Assembly (NCBI GenBank): GCA_951406725.2
Contig: OX597814.1
Location: 128,650,001-128,714,000, forward strand
Direction: 5' to 3'
DNA: 64,000 nucleotides
From: Octopus vulgaris
Lineage: Eukaryota
Shown here: positions 26,896-40,273 of the stretch, piece by piece
Position numbering within the stretch: position 1 is the stretch's first letter
Layout: the number at the start of each line of letters is the position of its first letter
Position numbers and translations under genes: made by a program
The notes under the pieces: model-generated
What the model was told of the DNA's origin: nothing
What the model saw: only the letters and a program-made list of their open reading frames with translations
Databases searched by the model: none

Positions 26896-27365
26896 CATAG
26901 TCTGCTAAATAATTGCATTATGTCACAATCACACTGGCCTATTAGATGTTGCTTACAATAAAAATAAAAAAAAAAGAGGGAAAACATTTCCATAACAGTC
27001 TCTCTTTACAACTTTGCAACAACGGATCCATAACGTTATATTTCTTGGTGAAAATTCACTTTTCACTATTTCTTGAACAATTTCCTTTGAGAAGAACGAA
27101 CCATATTCTTATAAAAACCCCATGCTCTGATTTTTAATGAAACAATTCTTATACAGAGTACTTGACAGACAATATATGAGGTGTCACTTATTGGAATGTA
27201 CAGGTGGGTTTTATTGAAATCAAATCACTGCTGAGCAGAAGTATCTTTTGAGAAAATCTATTTCTGTTGAACAAATGGCGTTAAAAAAATAACAGAATGA
27301 ATGAAGGAATTAGGAAGTGCAAAACTCTTTAATTAGTTTTATATTTAACATGACATTTTTAGCAT

Positions 27366-27442
<77 letters not shown>

Positions 27443-27444
<2 letters not shown>

Positions 27445-27678
27445 CTATTTATTTATTACCCACAAGGGGTTAAACACAGAGGGGACAAACAAGGACAGAC
27501 ATAGGTATTAAGTCGATTACATCGACCCCAGTGCGTAACTGGTACTTAATTTATCGACCCCGAAAGGATGAAAGGCAAAGTCGACCTCGGCGGAATTTGA
27601 ACTCAGAATGTAGCGGCAGACAAAATACCGCTAAGTATTTTGCCCGGCATGCTAACGTTTCTGCCAGCTCGCCGCCTT
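27443..27678 (-). mobile_element. SINE family B inserted into a (CA)n tract
   Basis: Full-length minus-strand copy with (CA)n on both sides. Confidence 0.9.
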
Positions 27679-28006
27679 ACACACACACACATACACACAC
27701 ATGCATTCATTCAAACGCACAGGAATTGAAATGATTGGGTGTGGCTTTTAGGACACTGTTGATTTGGTATAGCTGGTTGGACACTGCACTTGTTTTGGCA
27801 ACAGTACTTTTTGGCACTGAAATGAAACATACACACACACACACACACACACACATACACACACACTCACATACACATGTATGCACAGAAATAGATAGAG
27901 AGAGAGAGAGAGAATAAGAGAAACAGCATTGAATCAATAACACCAAATAGGTAGGATTAAAATGGCAGCTGTGCCAAAACTTTTCACAGACCCACCTATA
28001 TATATA

Positions 28007-28052
<46 letters not shown>

Positions 28053-28054
<2 letters not shown>

Positions 28055-28403
28055 AAAACTTACTTGGAAAAGGATGCATGGTGTTCGATCATATAATAAT
28101 AAAATAATATATAAATATATGCATATATACATACATATATGTACATACCTACATCTATATGTATATATATACATGCATATATGGGTACAGGACATCAAAA
28201 AAACGTTGAACACAATGAGCAACAAAAACATAAAAACAAAAACATGGAAACAAACTTTTTTCAAACAACGAAAGAACAGTGTACATACAACACAAGGAAT
28301 ATTCCCCTTCTTCAGTTGTCCCTGTTTTGTCTACTCCGCGTTATATACATATAGATGTAGGTATGTACATATATGTATGTATATATGCATATATTTATAT
28401 ATT

Positions 28404-28448
<45 letters not shown>

Positions 28449-29275
28449 TAAACTTACTTGGAAATGGATGTGTGGCATTCAATCATATAATAATATAATA
28501 TATATATATATATATGTATATATGCATATATACATACATATATTTACACATATGCATATATTAGTACAGGGCGTCACAAAATGTAAACAACATGAAATAC
28601 AAAGACAAACTTGGGTATGCAAGCAATGAGAGAAACAAATGGAAAACAAGACAAATAACATAAAGAACGACCCCTCATCAGTTGTTGGCTGTCCAAAGGC
28701 AGTCGCTCCCACAAACCAAAATAAAATTTGGGATTTGTGGAGGGTCAAAGTTGGTAACAAAAACAGGACACTGGAGACCTACAACAAACCAAACAAAAAC
28801 AAACATGGAGGGCCGTTAGGCCAGATGAGGCAAGGTAGCAAACACTGGAGGAATATTGTCTTTGACAAGGGAAAAGTTAGAAGAGGAGACAGATGAGAAT
28901 GTGTCTGGTCTCTGTGACAGACTGAAGGAAAAGAAAGACGATCATGTGAGGAAAAGAAAGATGGATGATGGTCAGATGTGAGCAATGAGAGAAGGTAAAG
29001 GAGAAAGAAGGAGAGAGAGAGAGGGAGAGAGACAGACAATAAAAACAGTGAAGGGATGGGAGCAAGTGCCTTTCGAAGCCTCATATTGTTGTTAATTGCT
29101 TGAAATGAGGAGTAGATGGACAGCCAACGACTGATAAAGGGTCGTTCTTTATATTACTTATCTTGTTTTTGATTATATGCATATATGGGTACAGGACATC
29201 ACAAAATGAAAACAAAGTGAAATATGAAAACAACATGAAATACAAAGACAAACTTAGGTATGTAAGCAATGAGAG
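28053..29275. mobile_element. Composite of Penelope-like terminal-repeat remnants with internal inversions, in (TA)n
   Basis: AAACTTACTTGGAAA start repeated at ~28056 and ~28450; 28093-28170 inverted to 28342-28418; 28645-28695 inverted to 29118-29170; 28550-28632 direct to 29176-29274. Confidence 0.55.
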
Positions 29276-30396
29276 GTGTAGGGAAATAGAGTAGTGTGTG
29301 TATGTGTGTGTGTATATGTGTGTGTTTGTTTATAGGATTTTTTAAAATAAATATTTAACTATACACTTCAGTCTTACTGTATGAAGTAAACAAAGTGATT
29401 TCACCATAGATTTTTGTTTCTTTCTAGACAACAAGAAGATCAATCTGACAAATTTCCTGTCTTAAACCTTCGAAAATGAATGATTACTCAGTTTTTGTCC
29501 TCAGAAAGACATATTACCACACAACTATTTATAGCATAAATAAATACAATTGTCATCTTTGATCATTCCTTATCTCTTGACTTCAAGACTTGTTGCTTCC
29601 AGAGCACTATTAACTGATCCGTATATTTCAGCAAAGGTACAAAATTGACTTCTTAATAGTATTGTTGAAAGAAACTTGCATCACATCTTTTTTTATTGTT
29701 AAGCATTGTCTGTTGGCACCAAAATAGAATTCTAGTTTGAGAAACTGTCCTACTTTTAAATTTGTTGATCATTTAACTGATTTAAACCTGTTTAAAAAAC
29801 AAAAACTAAAAATTATCTTATCTAAGCACAGACCTATTTAACATTGTGTAATGGCAGTTTGAGTTTCCATAGCTGTAGTGACCTTTCATTACCTTATTTC
29901 TTGACCTCCTTCTATTCTTTGCCTCTGGCCAACCACATCCCCTTTTCTGTTAAGAGGAATTCTAATTCTTTCAGGAAGTTGGGTGTGGATTTAATAGAAA
30001 AGACAAGTCTGAACAGGAAAGTACCTTCAGAGAGAACATAGAAATAAGGATTGGCCACTATTTTGATAAAATATACAGTTGACAATTTGTTTGAGAATTA
30101 CAGAGAGTAGACTCATATCCATATACTTCAGTACAGAGCAAGCATTCAGCCGCAGGGGTCAATGTCCTACCAATTGCTAACATTGGAAATTTACTGAGTA
30201 ATGTGAATTACAAACAGCAGTGGCAGTGAGAGTGAATACAAATATTTGTACTTTATGCAAATGTTATTGCAGAATCTCCATAGATTATTTGGGATTACAT
30301 GGAGCTTCTTACCACTTACTATATTTGAGGGCATATAAGATTCACTCGCCCCCCCCCCCCTCCAAAACTCATCCTGGGTTCTATACTCTCTCTCTC

Positions 30397-30604
30397 TTTT
30401 ACTCTTTTACTTGTTTCAGTAATTTGACTGCAGCCATGCTGTAGCACCACCTTTAGTCGAGCAAATCGACCCCGGGACTTATTCTTTGTAAGCCCAGTAC
30501 TTATTCTATCGGTCTCTTTTGCCAAACTGCTAAGTGACGGGGACGTAAACCAGCATCGGTTGTCAAGCAATGCTAGGGGGACAAACACAGACACACAAAC
30601 ACAT

Positions 30605-30637
<33 letters not shown>

Positions 30638-30811
30638 CATATATACGACAGGCTTCTTTCAGCTTCCGTCTACCAAATCCACTCACAAGGCATTGGTCGG
30701 CCCGGGGCTATAGCAGAAGACACTTGCCCAAGATGCCATGCAGTGGGACTGAACCCGGAACCATGTGGTTGGTTAGCAAGCTTCTTACCACAGAGCCACT
30801 CCTGCGCCTAT
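30397..30811 (-). mobile_element. SINE family A, full length
   Basis: Reverse complement of the family A consensus. Confidence 0.9.
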
Positions 30812-30929
30812 ATGTAAACTTGGGCCTAGTTAATGCTCTAAAAACATTTTTTCTGTATAGGCTTTGCTGAAATTGGGATACAACTAATACGCCTGTGTGT
30901 CATTTATGCCATCAAATATGGTAGTACTG

Positions 30930-31163
30930 AAGGCGGCGAGCTGGCAGAAATGTTAACACACCAGGTGAAATACTTAGCGGTATTTCGTCTGCTGTTACGG
31001 TCTGAGTTCAAATTCCGCTGAGGTCGACTTTGCCTTTCATTCTTTCAGGGTTGATGAATTAAGTACCAGTTATGCATTGGGGTCGATATAATCGACTTAA
31101 TCTCTTTGTCTGTCCTTTTTTGTCCCCTCTATGTTTAGCCCCTTGTGGGCAATAAAGAAATAA
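30930..31163 (+). mobile_element. SINE family B with 16-bp TSD
   Basis: AAATATGGT(A/G)GTACTG on both sides. Confidence 0.9.
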
Positions 31164-31729
31164 AATATGGTGGTACTGTCAAGTTTCTAAGATACTTGGG
31201 GATCAACAACATAATGAAATGGGTATATTTGCCTCAATCAATATTCTATATGTTCTAAGGTGGCAGAACAGGAAGAATTGTTAGCTTGCTAGGCAAATGC
31301 TTAGAAGCAGTTTGTCAATCATTACATTTAGAATTCAAATGCCACTGAGGTCAACTTTGCCTTTCATGCTTTCAGGGTCAATAAAGTAAGTGCCTGTTGA
31401 GTACTAGGGTCAATGTAATCGACTTAACCCCTCCCCTGAAATTGCTGGCCTTGTGCCAAAATTTGAAACTAATATTACATTTGTTCTGGACCCAGTCATT
31501 TTGTCTCGTACTGATGTCTTAGACCAGATGATATAATTATATAGCCTTAGAGTGAAGGACACTTTTTACTGTAGGCTACCATTGTTGTGGTGGTGGTAAT
31601 GGATTCTTTTGCTGCAAGTCATGTCTTTAATTGTGTTGTTCTTGCAGGTTCTGCTACTATATCAGTACAACAAATAAAGATTTCCAAATATTCACTGTGA
31701 CACATCAACAATACTTTTAACTAATTACT

Positions 31730-31915
31730 ATAGGCGTAGGAGTGGCTGTGTGGTAAGTAGCTTGCTTACAAACCACATGGTTCCGGGTTCAGTCTCACTG
31801 CATGGCACCTTGGGCAAGTGTCTTCCACTATAGCCTTGGGTCGACCAAAGCCTTGTGAGTGGATTTGGTAGATGGAAACTGAAAGAAGCCCATCGTATAT
31901 ATGTATATATAATTT

Positions 31916-31950
<35 letters not shown>

Positions 31951-32146
31951 ATGTTTGTGTGTCTGTGTTTGTCCCCGCAACATCGCTTGACAACCGATGC
32001 TGGTGTGTTTACATCCCCGTAACTTAGCAGTCCGGCAAAAGAGACCAATAGAATAAGTACTAAGCTTACAAAGATTAAGTCCTTGGGGTCGATTTGCTCG
32101 ACTAAAGACGGTGCTCCATCAACTGACTGAAACAAGTAAAAGAGTA
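31730..32146 (+). mobile_element. SINE family A
   Basis: Matches the family consensus. Confidence 0.9.
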
Positions 32147-32480
32147 ATTACTTTTGAAGCTGTTGGTATTCGAAAACTTTTAACAAAATCGTTTTTGTCT
32201 AACTCCAATTGAAAATTTATTGAAACTAAGAAATGGCAAGCTGGCACATTGCTCTGTGATAGAATATCATTCGTCACTGTACGGGATAATGCTACCAGTG
32301 TCCTCTCTTATCTTTTCTAAACTATTTTAAACGAACTGCTTTTTATTATTACTAGTTACCTACATATATTTTATAAAAATAGTCAATATGTCACAATCAG
32401 CAGGATATGAAATATATATCAGGACACATCACACTTTTAACAAGTAACATCACCACCACTATCACCAGCCACAAAACAAT

Positions 32481-32708
32481 GAGCTGGCAGAAATGCTAGC
32501 ACACCGGGCGAAATGCTTAGTGGTATTCCGTCTGCCGTTACGTTCTGAGTTCAAATTCCGCCGAGATTGACTTTGCTTTTCATCCTTTCAAGGTCAATAA
32601 ATTAAGTACCAGTTACACACTGGGGTTGATGTAATCGACTTAATCCATTTGTCTGTCCTTGTTTCTCCTCTCTGTGTTTAGCCCCTTGTGGGTAGTAAAG
32701 AAATAGAT
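32481..32708 (+). mobile_element. SINE family B
   Basis: Matches the family consensus. Confidence 0.9.
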
Positions 32709-32974
32709 ATAAAAATTATGGAAGTCAAGATCAGTAAACACAACATGGCCTGTAACACAACTTCTGTTACAGTTGTAATTAATGTTGTTACTACTACTAT
32801 TACTACATCAATTACTACCACTGCTACCATTGCCACTGTCATCATTGCTATCGCCATTGCCACAGCAGCTACCACCACTACTATCACCACCACCACCACC
32901 ACCACCACTACTTTCATTGCAGTAACTAGAGTAACTGGATCTGTCACCTCCAAAAGATGCAAAGCAGCATAAAC

Positions 32975-33006
<32 letters not shown>

Positions 33007-33418
33007 CAACAACAACAACAACAATTCTAATAATAATAGATGCAGCTGCAAGAACAAAAGAAGGAGATACTGTAAATAGAAAGGCTGAGATACTTTCAAA
33101 ATATTGTCATAGATACAAATTATTCTAGACAAATTACAAAAACAAAATAGAATCTGAGTGATCTACTTAACATAAACAATAAGATTCTATAGGACACTGA
33201 CTTGTTGCACTGAATCTTACTAGGGATTCTGCTTGTGCTGCAAATATTTCTTCAGCATGGCTGTGTGATAAGAGGTTTGTTTTCCAGCCATATGGTTCTA
33301 GATTCAGTCCCACTCCAAGAAATCTTGGGCAAATGTTTCAAGTATAGCCTCAGGCTGTCTAAAGCCTTGTGAGTGAATTTGGTAGATGGAAACTTAAAGA
33401 AGCCTTAAAGAACTTAAT

Positions 33419-33650
33419 GAAGGTGGCGAGCTGGCAGAAATGTTAGCACGCCGGGTGAAATGCTTAGCGGTATTTCGTCTGCCGCTATGTTCTGAGTTCA
33501 AATTCCACCAAGGTCAACTTTGCCTTTCATCCTTTTGAGGTCGATTAAATAAGTACCAGTTACGCACCGGAGTCGATGTAATCGACTTAATCCCTTTGTC
33601 TGTCTTTGTTTGTCTCTATGTTTAGCCCCTTTGTTGGCAATAAAGAAACA
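33419..33650 (+). mobile_element. SINE family B nested in a split SINE A (33255-34738)
   Basis: GGAAACTTAAAGAAGCCT is duplicated around it. Confidence 0.85.
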
Positions 33651-33680
33651 GGAAACTTAAAGAAGCCTGTTATATAGATG

Positions 33681-33713
<33 letters not shown>

Positions 33714-33714
<1 letters not shown>

Positions 33715-34530
33715 GTAATGTCAGTGTGCACACACGACAGAGTGTAAGTTCTCTGAGAGAAATGCTGGACATAGGAAGCATTGGATGTGGCGTGCAAGAG
33801 AGACGTCTGCGCTGGTATGGTCATGTACTACGGATGGATGAGGAGAGATGTGTGAAGAAGTGCCACTCCCAAACAGTTGAAGGAATCTGGGGTAGAAGTA
33901 GACCCAGGAAGACATGGGATGAGGTGGTCAAGCATGACCTTCGAATGTTGGGCCTCACAGAGGCAATGACGAAAGGCCGAGACCTCTGGAGATATGTTGT
34001 GACTGCGAAAACTCGACAAATAATGAGTTCATGGCTGTTTCTTGCACCAGATTTACATAGAAGCCCCAGCCCATCCAAAGTGCCTTGGATTGCAGGACAG
34101 CCTGCTGTGCTTACCTTGGATCATAGGGTGACCTGCTGTGCTTGAGGAGACCTATTGAGTCAAGTACATCAACATGGAAAAATCAAATGGAAATTGTAGT
34201 TGTGATAACTGTGCCGGTGGCATGTAAAAAGAAGCACCATCAAAACGTGGCCGATGCCAGCACCGTCTTGACTGGCTTCCGTGCCAGTGGCATGTAAAAA
34301 GCACCTATCGATTGTGGCTGTTTCCAGCCACCTCTGGCCCCTGTGCCGGTGGCACATAAAAAGCTTCCACTACACTCACGGAGTGGTTGGCGTTAGGAAG
34401 GCCATCCAGATGTAGAAACACTGCCAGATGAGACTGGAGCCTGGTGCAGCCTCCTGGCTTCCAAGACCCCGGTCAAACTGTCCAACCCATGCTAGCATGG
34501 AAAACGGACGTTAATCGATGATGATGATGA
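33714..34530 (+). mobile_element. 5'-truncated RTE LINE: ORF C-terminus plus tandem-unit 3'UTR
   Basis: QERRLRWYGHVLRMDEERCVKKC...GRSRPRKTWDEVVKHDL...RDLWR runs directly into family C units and the (GAT)n tail. Confidence 0.9.
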
Positions 34531-35699
34531 TATATGTTCATCCTCCACCACCACTTCACAACTGGTATTGATGTGTTTACACCTCTGTAAATTAACAGTT
34601 CAACAAAAGAGACTGATAAGATAAGTAACGGGCTTAAAATAAATAAATAAATAAATAATTACTGGGGTTGATTTGTTCAACTAAAATTCCTCAACATGGC
34701 CACAGTCTGATGACTGAAACAAGTAAATGATAAAAGATTGATAAACCATCTGATGATTGCCTCTCCAGCAAGAAACTTAATGTAATATAGAATAACCAGC
34801 CTTAACAATAATATAATAATAGGCTTTCTATATATATATATATAAAAATATTTAATAGAAATAGGCATGGGTGTGTGGTCAAGAAGTTCGCTTCTCAACT
34901 ATAGAGGTTCAATCCCACTATGTATTACCAGTGTCATCTCTTGTAAAAAAGGGCCCAACAAATGACTTGTGAGTCAGTTTTGTAGACAGAAACTGAATGA
35001 AACCTATCATGTTTATCTACTGCATTTGTGGAAAATTGGTGTGTGTTTATTTGTGGCATTGTTATCTAACTCTTCCTACATCGTTTTATTGATTTTGATG
35101 AAAATTGACACATGAGTAGAACTCATGTCTGGAAACTTCGTGACATGCTTAGATTGTTGAAAAAATTGATAATACGGCCCCTGAAAGGGACTTTTATATC
35201 TGCCTCATGCAACTAATTTTCTTAAACACCCAAGGGAATTAACCCATATCACCTGCACAATATTTTTTTAAACACTCAAAGGAAATAAACCCATTTCATT
35301 GTTTATGTTTGATTACTTTGAATATTGATTTTTTGTGTGCCCAATTTCTAATTTTTGCAGACAATATCACTTTTTTACTTTATTTGACACATGAGTAGAA
35401 CTCATGTCTGCTAAACATTATTATTGCACTTCCTTAATTTGAATCTCTTCATTCATACAATTCTATACATACATACCTTTTTGAATGCCCATCACTCCAA
35501 TAATTCTGCATTTTTACAGTTACACTTTCTCCATGGCAGTAGATGAATTTTTTTTCCACAACATATTTGTAGTGGCTTCTTGCAGACATAGCATGGATTC
35601 AATACTCGATTGTCAAATTTCACTTAACACTTCAACAGCGCTTTTCTCACAATACAACATGCTAGCATGGAAAACGGACATTAAATGATGATGATGATG

Positions 35700-35728
<29 letters not shown>

Positions 35729-35732
<4 letters not shown>

Positions 35733-36150
35733 GCACAGGAGTGGCTGTGTGGTAAGTAGCTTGCTTACCAACGACATAGTTCCAGGTTCAGTCCCACTGC
35801 ATGGCACCTTAAGCAAGTGTCTTATACTATAGCCTCGGGCCGACCGAAGCCTTGTGAGTGGATTTGGTAGATGGATACTGAAAGAAGCTTGTTATATATA
35901 TGTGTGTGTGTGTGTATATATATATATGTATGTATGTGTGTGTATATCTTTGTGTCTGTGTTTGTCCCCCCCAACATCGCTTGAAAACCGATGCTGGTGT
36001 GTTTACATTCCTGTAACTTAGCCGTTCAGCAAAAGAGACCGATAGAATAAGTACTAGGCTTCCAAAGAATAAGTCCTGGGGTCGATTTGCTCGACTAAAG
36101 GCAGTGCTCCAGTATGGCCGCAGTCAAATGACTGAAACAAGTAAAATAGT
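35729..36150 (+). mobile_element. SINE family A, full length
   Basis: Matches the family consensus. Confidence 0.9.
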
Positions 36151-36379
36151 ATATATTAATGTGAGTTTAGAGGGATATGTTATCTGGGTGGATACTGCGG
36201 TAGCTCTCAGTTATGTTCCAGGTTATGGCTAACTACATTGGTTAGTATTTAACATCTATGACTACTAGTTGTAGTCGCTCATGATGTAAATTTCTCTGAT
36301 GAGTAATTCCATGTTTGCTTCACTGGATTATGATATTATCTGGAGTGCATATTTGCAATATTTATAATGATAGACAATA

Positions 36380-37018
36380 TGGAGACGGGTACATCCTCAA
36401 AATTTATTTCCTTTTATTTTATGGCATGTCATACACCATATTTTTATGATTACACATTTTTCTGCTGCCCCCTGAGTATGAGCAGTTGCATATGCGACCA
36501 GGAATAATTTTACAGTATTAGCTGGAAGCCTACAGCTACAGAAATCTCTGAATAACTAAGAATATAACATGGAACTGAACCAACCCTAAAATAAAATACA
36601 TCACAAGAACTATTCTTACAATTAAGTTTCTTAAGAACCCATTAACGACAATATACAAATAAGCTGGCTAATACAGTAAGATAAACTTTAGCCTAATTAG
36701 ATAGAATCACAACTATAGTCAGTAACAGGCGAGAAGCTGAGTTCAACCATTGAATTTTACAACCATATCAGATTTTAGAATCAAACTATTTTCCTCTTGC
36801 TTTCTCCTGAATCCTAATCAATAACTGAATAACTGAATTCAGTTTGCTTTGAGCCAAGCTGGCCCAAATACCCTGAATTAACATTATTTCTGGTCGCATA
36901 TGCAATTGCTCATATTCTGTACAGCAGAAACATCTGTAGGTTATCATAACCATAAAAATATGCTGTATGACATACTGTAAAATAAAAGAAATGAATTTTG
37001 AGGATATACCAGTCTCCA
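36380..37018. mobile_element. MITE with ~130-bp TIRs and TA flanks (Tc1/mariner-like)
   Basis: TA|TGGAGACGGGTACATCCTCAAAATT ... AATTTTGAGGATATACCAGTCTCCA|TA. Confidence 0.7.
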
Positions 37019-37314
37019 TATGTGTGTGTGTGTGTGTGTGTATGTGTTTTATGTGGATGTATATTAGTGCGTGTGTGTGTACATACATGCATGCATATAC
37101 AGACACACACAAATATACACACAGATGCATGAATAAACATTTGTGAATGTTTTTTTGCCAAGAATTTCATTTCATTTCACTGACATAAAACTTGTTAAAT
37201 GTTAATTTTCATTTCACATTCACGCTACTAGAAAAACATTTTAATTATTATTTACCATTTATCATCATCATCATTATTAAAGAATTCATTATTATTATTA
37301 TTGTTGTTATTGCC

Positions 37315-37392
37315 CTTCTTCTTCTTCTTCTTCTTCTTCTTCTTCTTCTTCTTCTTCTTCTTCTTCTTCTTCTTCTTCTTCTTCTTCTTCTT
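37315..37392. repeat. (CTT)n microsatellite
   Basis: Read directly. Confidence 0.95.
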
Positions 37393-38029
37393 CTCCTCCT
37401 TCTTCCTCTACCCCTTCTTCTTACTCTTCTTCTTTACCATTGTTATTTTATTCTTTTTCTGCTCTGGTCTTAGCTTCAATATCGAATTACTCATGCTTAG
37501 AATTCTTTTAAAAAGCTCATGTGAAAACCCATTCTTTACATTTTTATAGTTCTCGCCTTGAATAAAACAAGTTAATTGTGTTTTATTGAAATTTTCTCTT
37601 ATTCTGAAGAAAAAGATTATTCAGTATAATTTTATCGATCCATTATAATGAAATGGAACTCTTTATGTTTTATGAATAAAACTATATTTTCATAGCTTTC
37701 AGTTCTTTTTTTAAATTCGAAATTTTACCCCACTTTTGGGCTTTCGTTGTTTTCTTTCTTTAATCTTTTGGTTAGTTTGCATGTTTTTTTTTCTTTTTAA
37801 ATTTCTTTACTTGTTTCCTTGTTTTTTGCATTTCTTTTCTTCTCTTAATCTTTCTTTCGTTAATCATTATTTTTAAAAATTGTATTTATTTATTGATTTA
37901 TTTATTTTTGTCTGAGTTGAGTTTGCAAATTATACAATTTGCTGTTTTGTTATTTAGTTCCAAAATATATGATAGAAGAAATAAATATTCCAAAATGGAT
38001 ATCATAATTTTTCTTACTATGGCTTTTAT

Positions 38030-38038
38030 TTATATATA

Positions 38039-38074
<36 letters not shown>

Positions 38075-38214
38075 TGTATGTATGTATGTATGTATGTATG
38101 TGTGTGTATGTATGTATGTATATGTGTGTGTGTATGTATGTATGTATGTATGTATGTATGTGTGTGTGTGTGTGTGCATGTATGTGTGTATGTATGACTG
38201 TATGTATGTATGTA

Positions 38215-38245
<31 letters not shown>

Positions 38246-38352
38246 GTGTGTATGCATGTATGTGTGTATGTATGTATGTGTGTGCATGGGAGTGTGTGTG
38301 ACTATGTACGTATGTATGTATGCATGTATGTATGCATGCATGTATGTATGTA
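38030..38352. repeat. Compound (TA)/(TATG)/(TG)n microsatellite
   Basis: Read directly. Confidence 0.95.
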
Positions 38353-38594
38353 TAAAGATCTATCATAAATGCACTTAAGTCAACATTTCTAAAGCTAGCA
38401 TCATTAGTTTCACATTCAGTGTTTTTGAGAGAAAATATAGCTTGTTGTTCATAGAACATCTTTGTACTTCAAGAACAATTTTGCATTTCATGAGCATTTA
38501 AGCTGTTGTGTGGGCATTCATTACAAGTTGTTAAATGAAGCTCACCACCACCACCATCACCACCATCATCATCATCATCATCAGAATCACCATT

Positions 38595-38628
<34 letters not shown>

Positions 38629-38800
38629 CTTAACGTCTGTCTTCCTATGCTTGCATGGGTTGGCTGGTTCAATAGGAGCTGGCAAGTCAGTGGACTGCAC
38701 TGAACTCCAGTGTCTGCATTGGCATGGTTTGTGCAGACAGGTATAATAATTAATGCTTAATATTGCTTTTAGAATACTTATTTTCATTGTAGTATATCTA

Positions 38801-38864
<64 letters not shown>

Positions 38865-38872
38865 TATATATA

Positions 38873-39418
38873 CAGGGTTATTCAAAGAGAATGAACCAAT
38901 TTCATTTCGCAATATTTTAATTGGAAAAAGCAATAGAAAACTCCAGCTAAGTCACAAGTATTTACTCACAATCAACTTTTATTTCCTGTCTTACAAGTGT
39001 TCAATGTGGCCACCACCTGCAGCACGGGCAATATCAATGTGATAAGTGAATTCTTCCCAGATGCGTATCAGCATATCACGATCCACTGAGTACTTCTTTG
39101 ACAGTCTGGTTGAATGCTTTATCAAAGTTTTTCCATTTCCCTTCTATGTCAATATCTTCTGGAATCACCTCAAGCAAAGCAAATTTATTCTTTAGTTACA
39201 TAATGAACTTGCTTTTGATATGCTGATACGTGTCTAGGAGGAATTCTCTTATAGCATTGATGCTGCCCGTGCTACAGGTAGTGGCCACATTGAACACTTA
39301 TAAGAGAGGAAATAAAAGTTGATTGTGAGTAAATACTTGTGACTTAGCTGGAGTTTTCTATTCCTTTTCCTTACTAAAATATTGTGTAATAAAATCAGTT
39401 CATTCTTTTTGAATAACC

Positions 39419-39421
<3 letters not shown>
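38873..39421. mobile_element. Tc1/mariner-derived MITE made of two transposon right ends (~205-bp arms)
   Basis: TA|CAGGGTTATTCAAA ... TTTGAATAACCCTG|TA; both arms encode a transposase C-terminus (DMLIRIWEEFTYHIDIARAAGGGHIEHL*). Confidence 0.85.
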
Positions 39422-39461
<40 letters not shown>

Positions 39462-39464
<3 letters not shown>

Positions 39465-39912
39465 CTGGCATCCGTGCTAGTGGAGCGCTATATGAGTGAG
39501 ATCATGGCCAGAGCAACAAGCTGGCCTCCATGCTGATGGCACGTTAAAAACATCATTCAAGCATGATCGTTACCTTTGTTGCCTTACTAGCACTTGTGCT
39601 GGTGGCACGTGAAAAAACATTCCAGCAAGGTCGTTGTCAGTGCCACTGGACTGGCTCCTGTGCAGGTGGTACATGAAAAGCACCATTTGAGTGTGGCCAT
39701 TGCCAGTACCGCCTGACTGGCCCTTGTACTGGTGGCACATAAAAGCACTCACTACACTCTTGGAGTGGCTGGCGTTAGGAAGGGCATCCAGCTGTAGAAA
39801 CTCTGCCAGATCAGATTGGAGTCTGGTGCAGCCATCTGGTTCACCAGTCCTCAGTCAAATCGTCCAACCCATGCTAGCATAGAAAGCGGACGTTAAACGA
39901 TGATGATGATGA
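39462..39912 (+). mobile_element. RTE 3'UTR remnant with tandem units
   Basis: Family C units and terminal domain. Confidence 0.85.
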
Positions 39913-40095
39913 TATATATATAAACATATATATTTATTTATTGCACTAAACAACATAGACACTTTCTGTCTGACAGCAAACATTCTCTTCATTTCGTTCT
40001 TGATATTTTGGGTTTCTTCATTTCTTCCTTTGCATTATTTCAGTTTTATATATCTACCTTCTAATATAATAATGAGCGTAGTGTTTTTATATATT

Positions 40096-40133
<38 letters not shown>

Positions 40134-40273
40134 CATATATAAGGTGGAGGGGACAGGTGGAGGAGGAGATTAGGCTGGTCAGTTCGAAAAAGGAGGATAC
40201 CCAAAACCAGGCAAGTTGGTGTGAGGGTGGTTGCTATGGTATTGAGGTACATTTAGCCAACCCCATTAACAGA

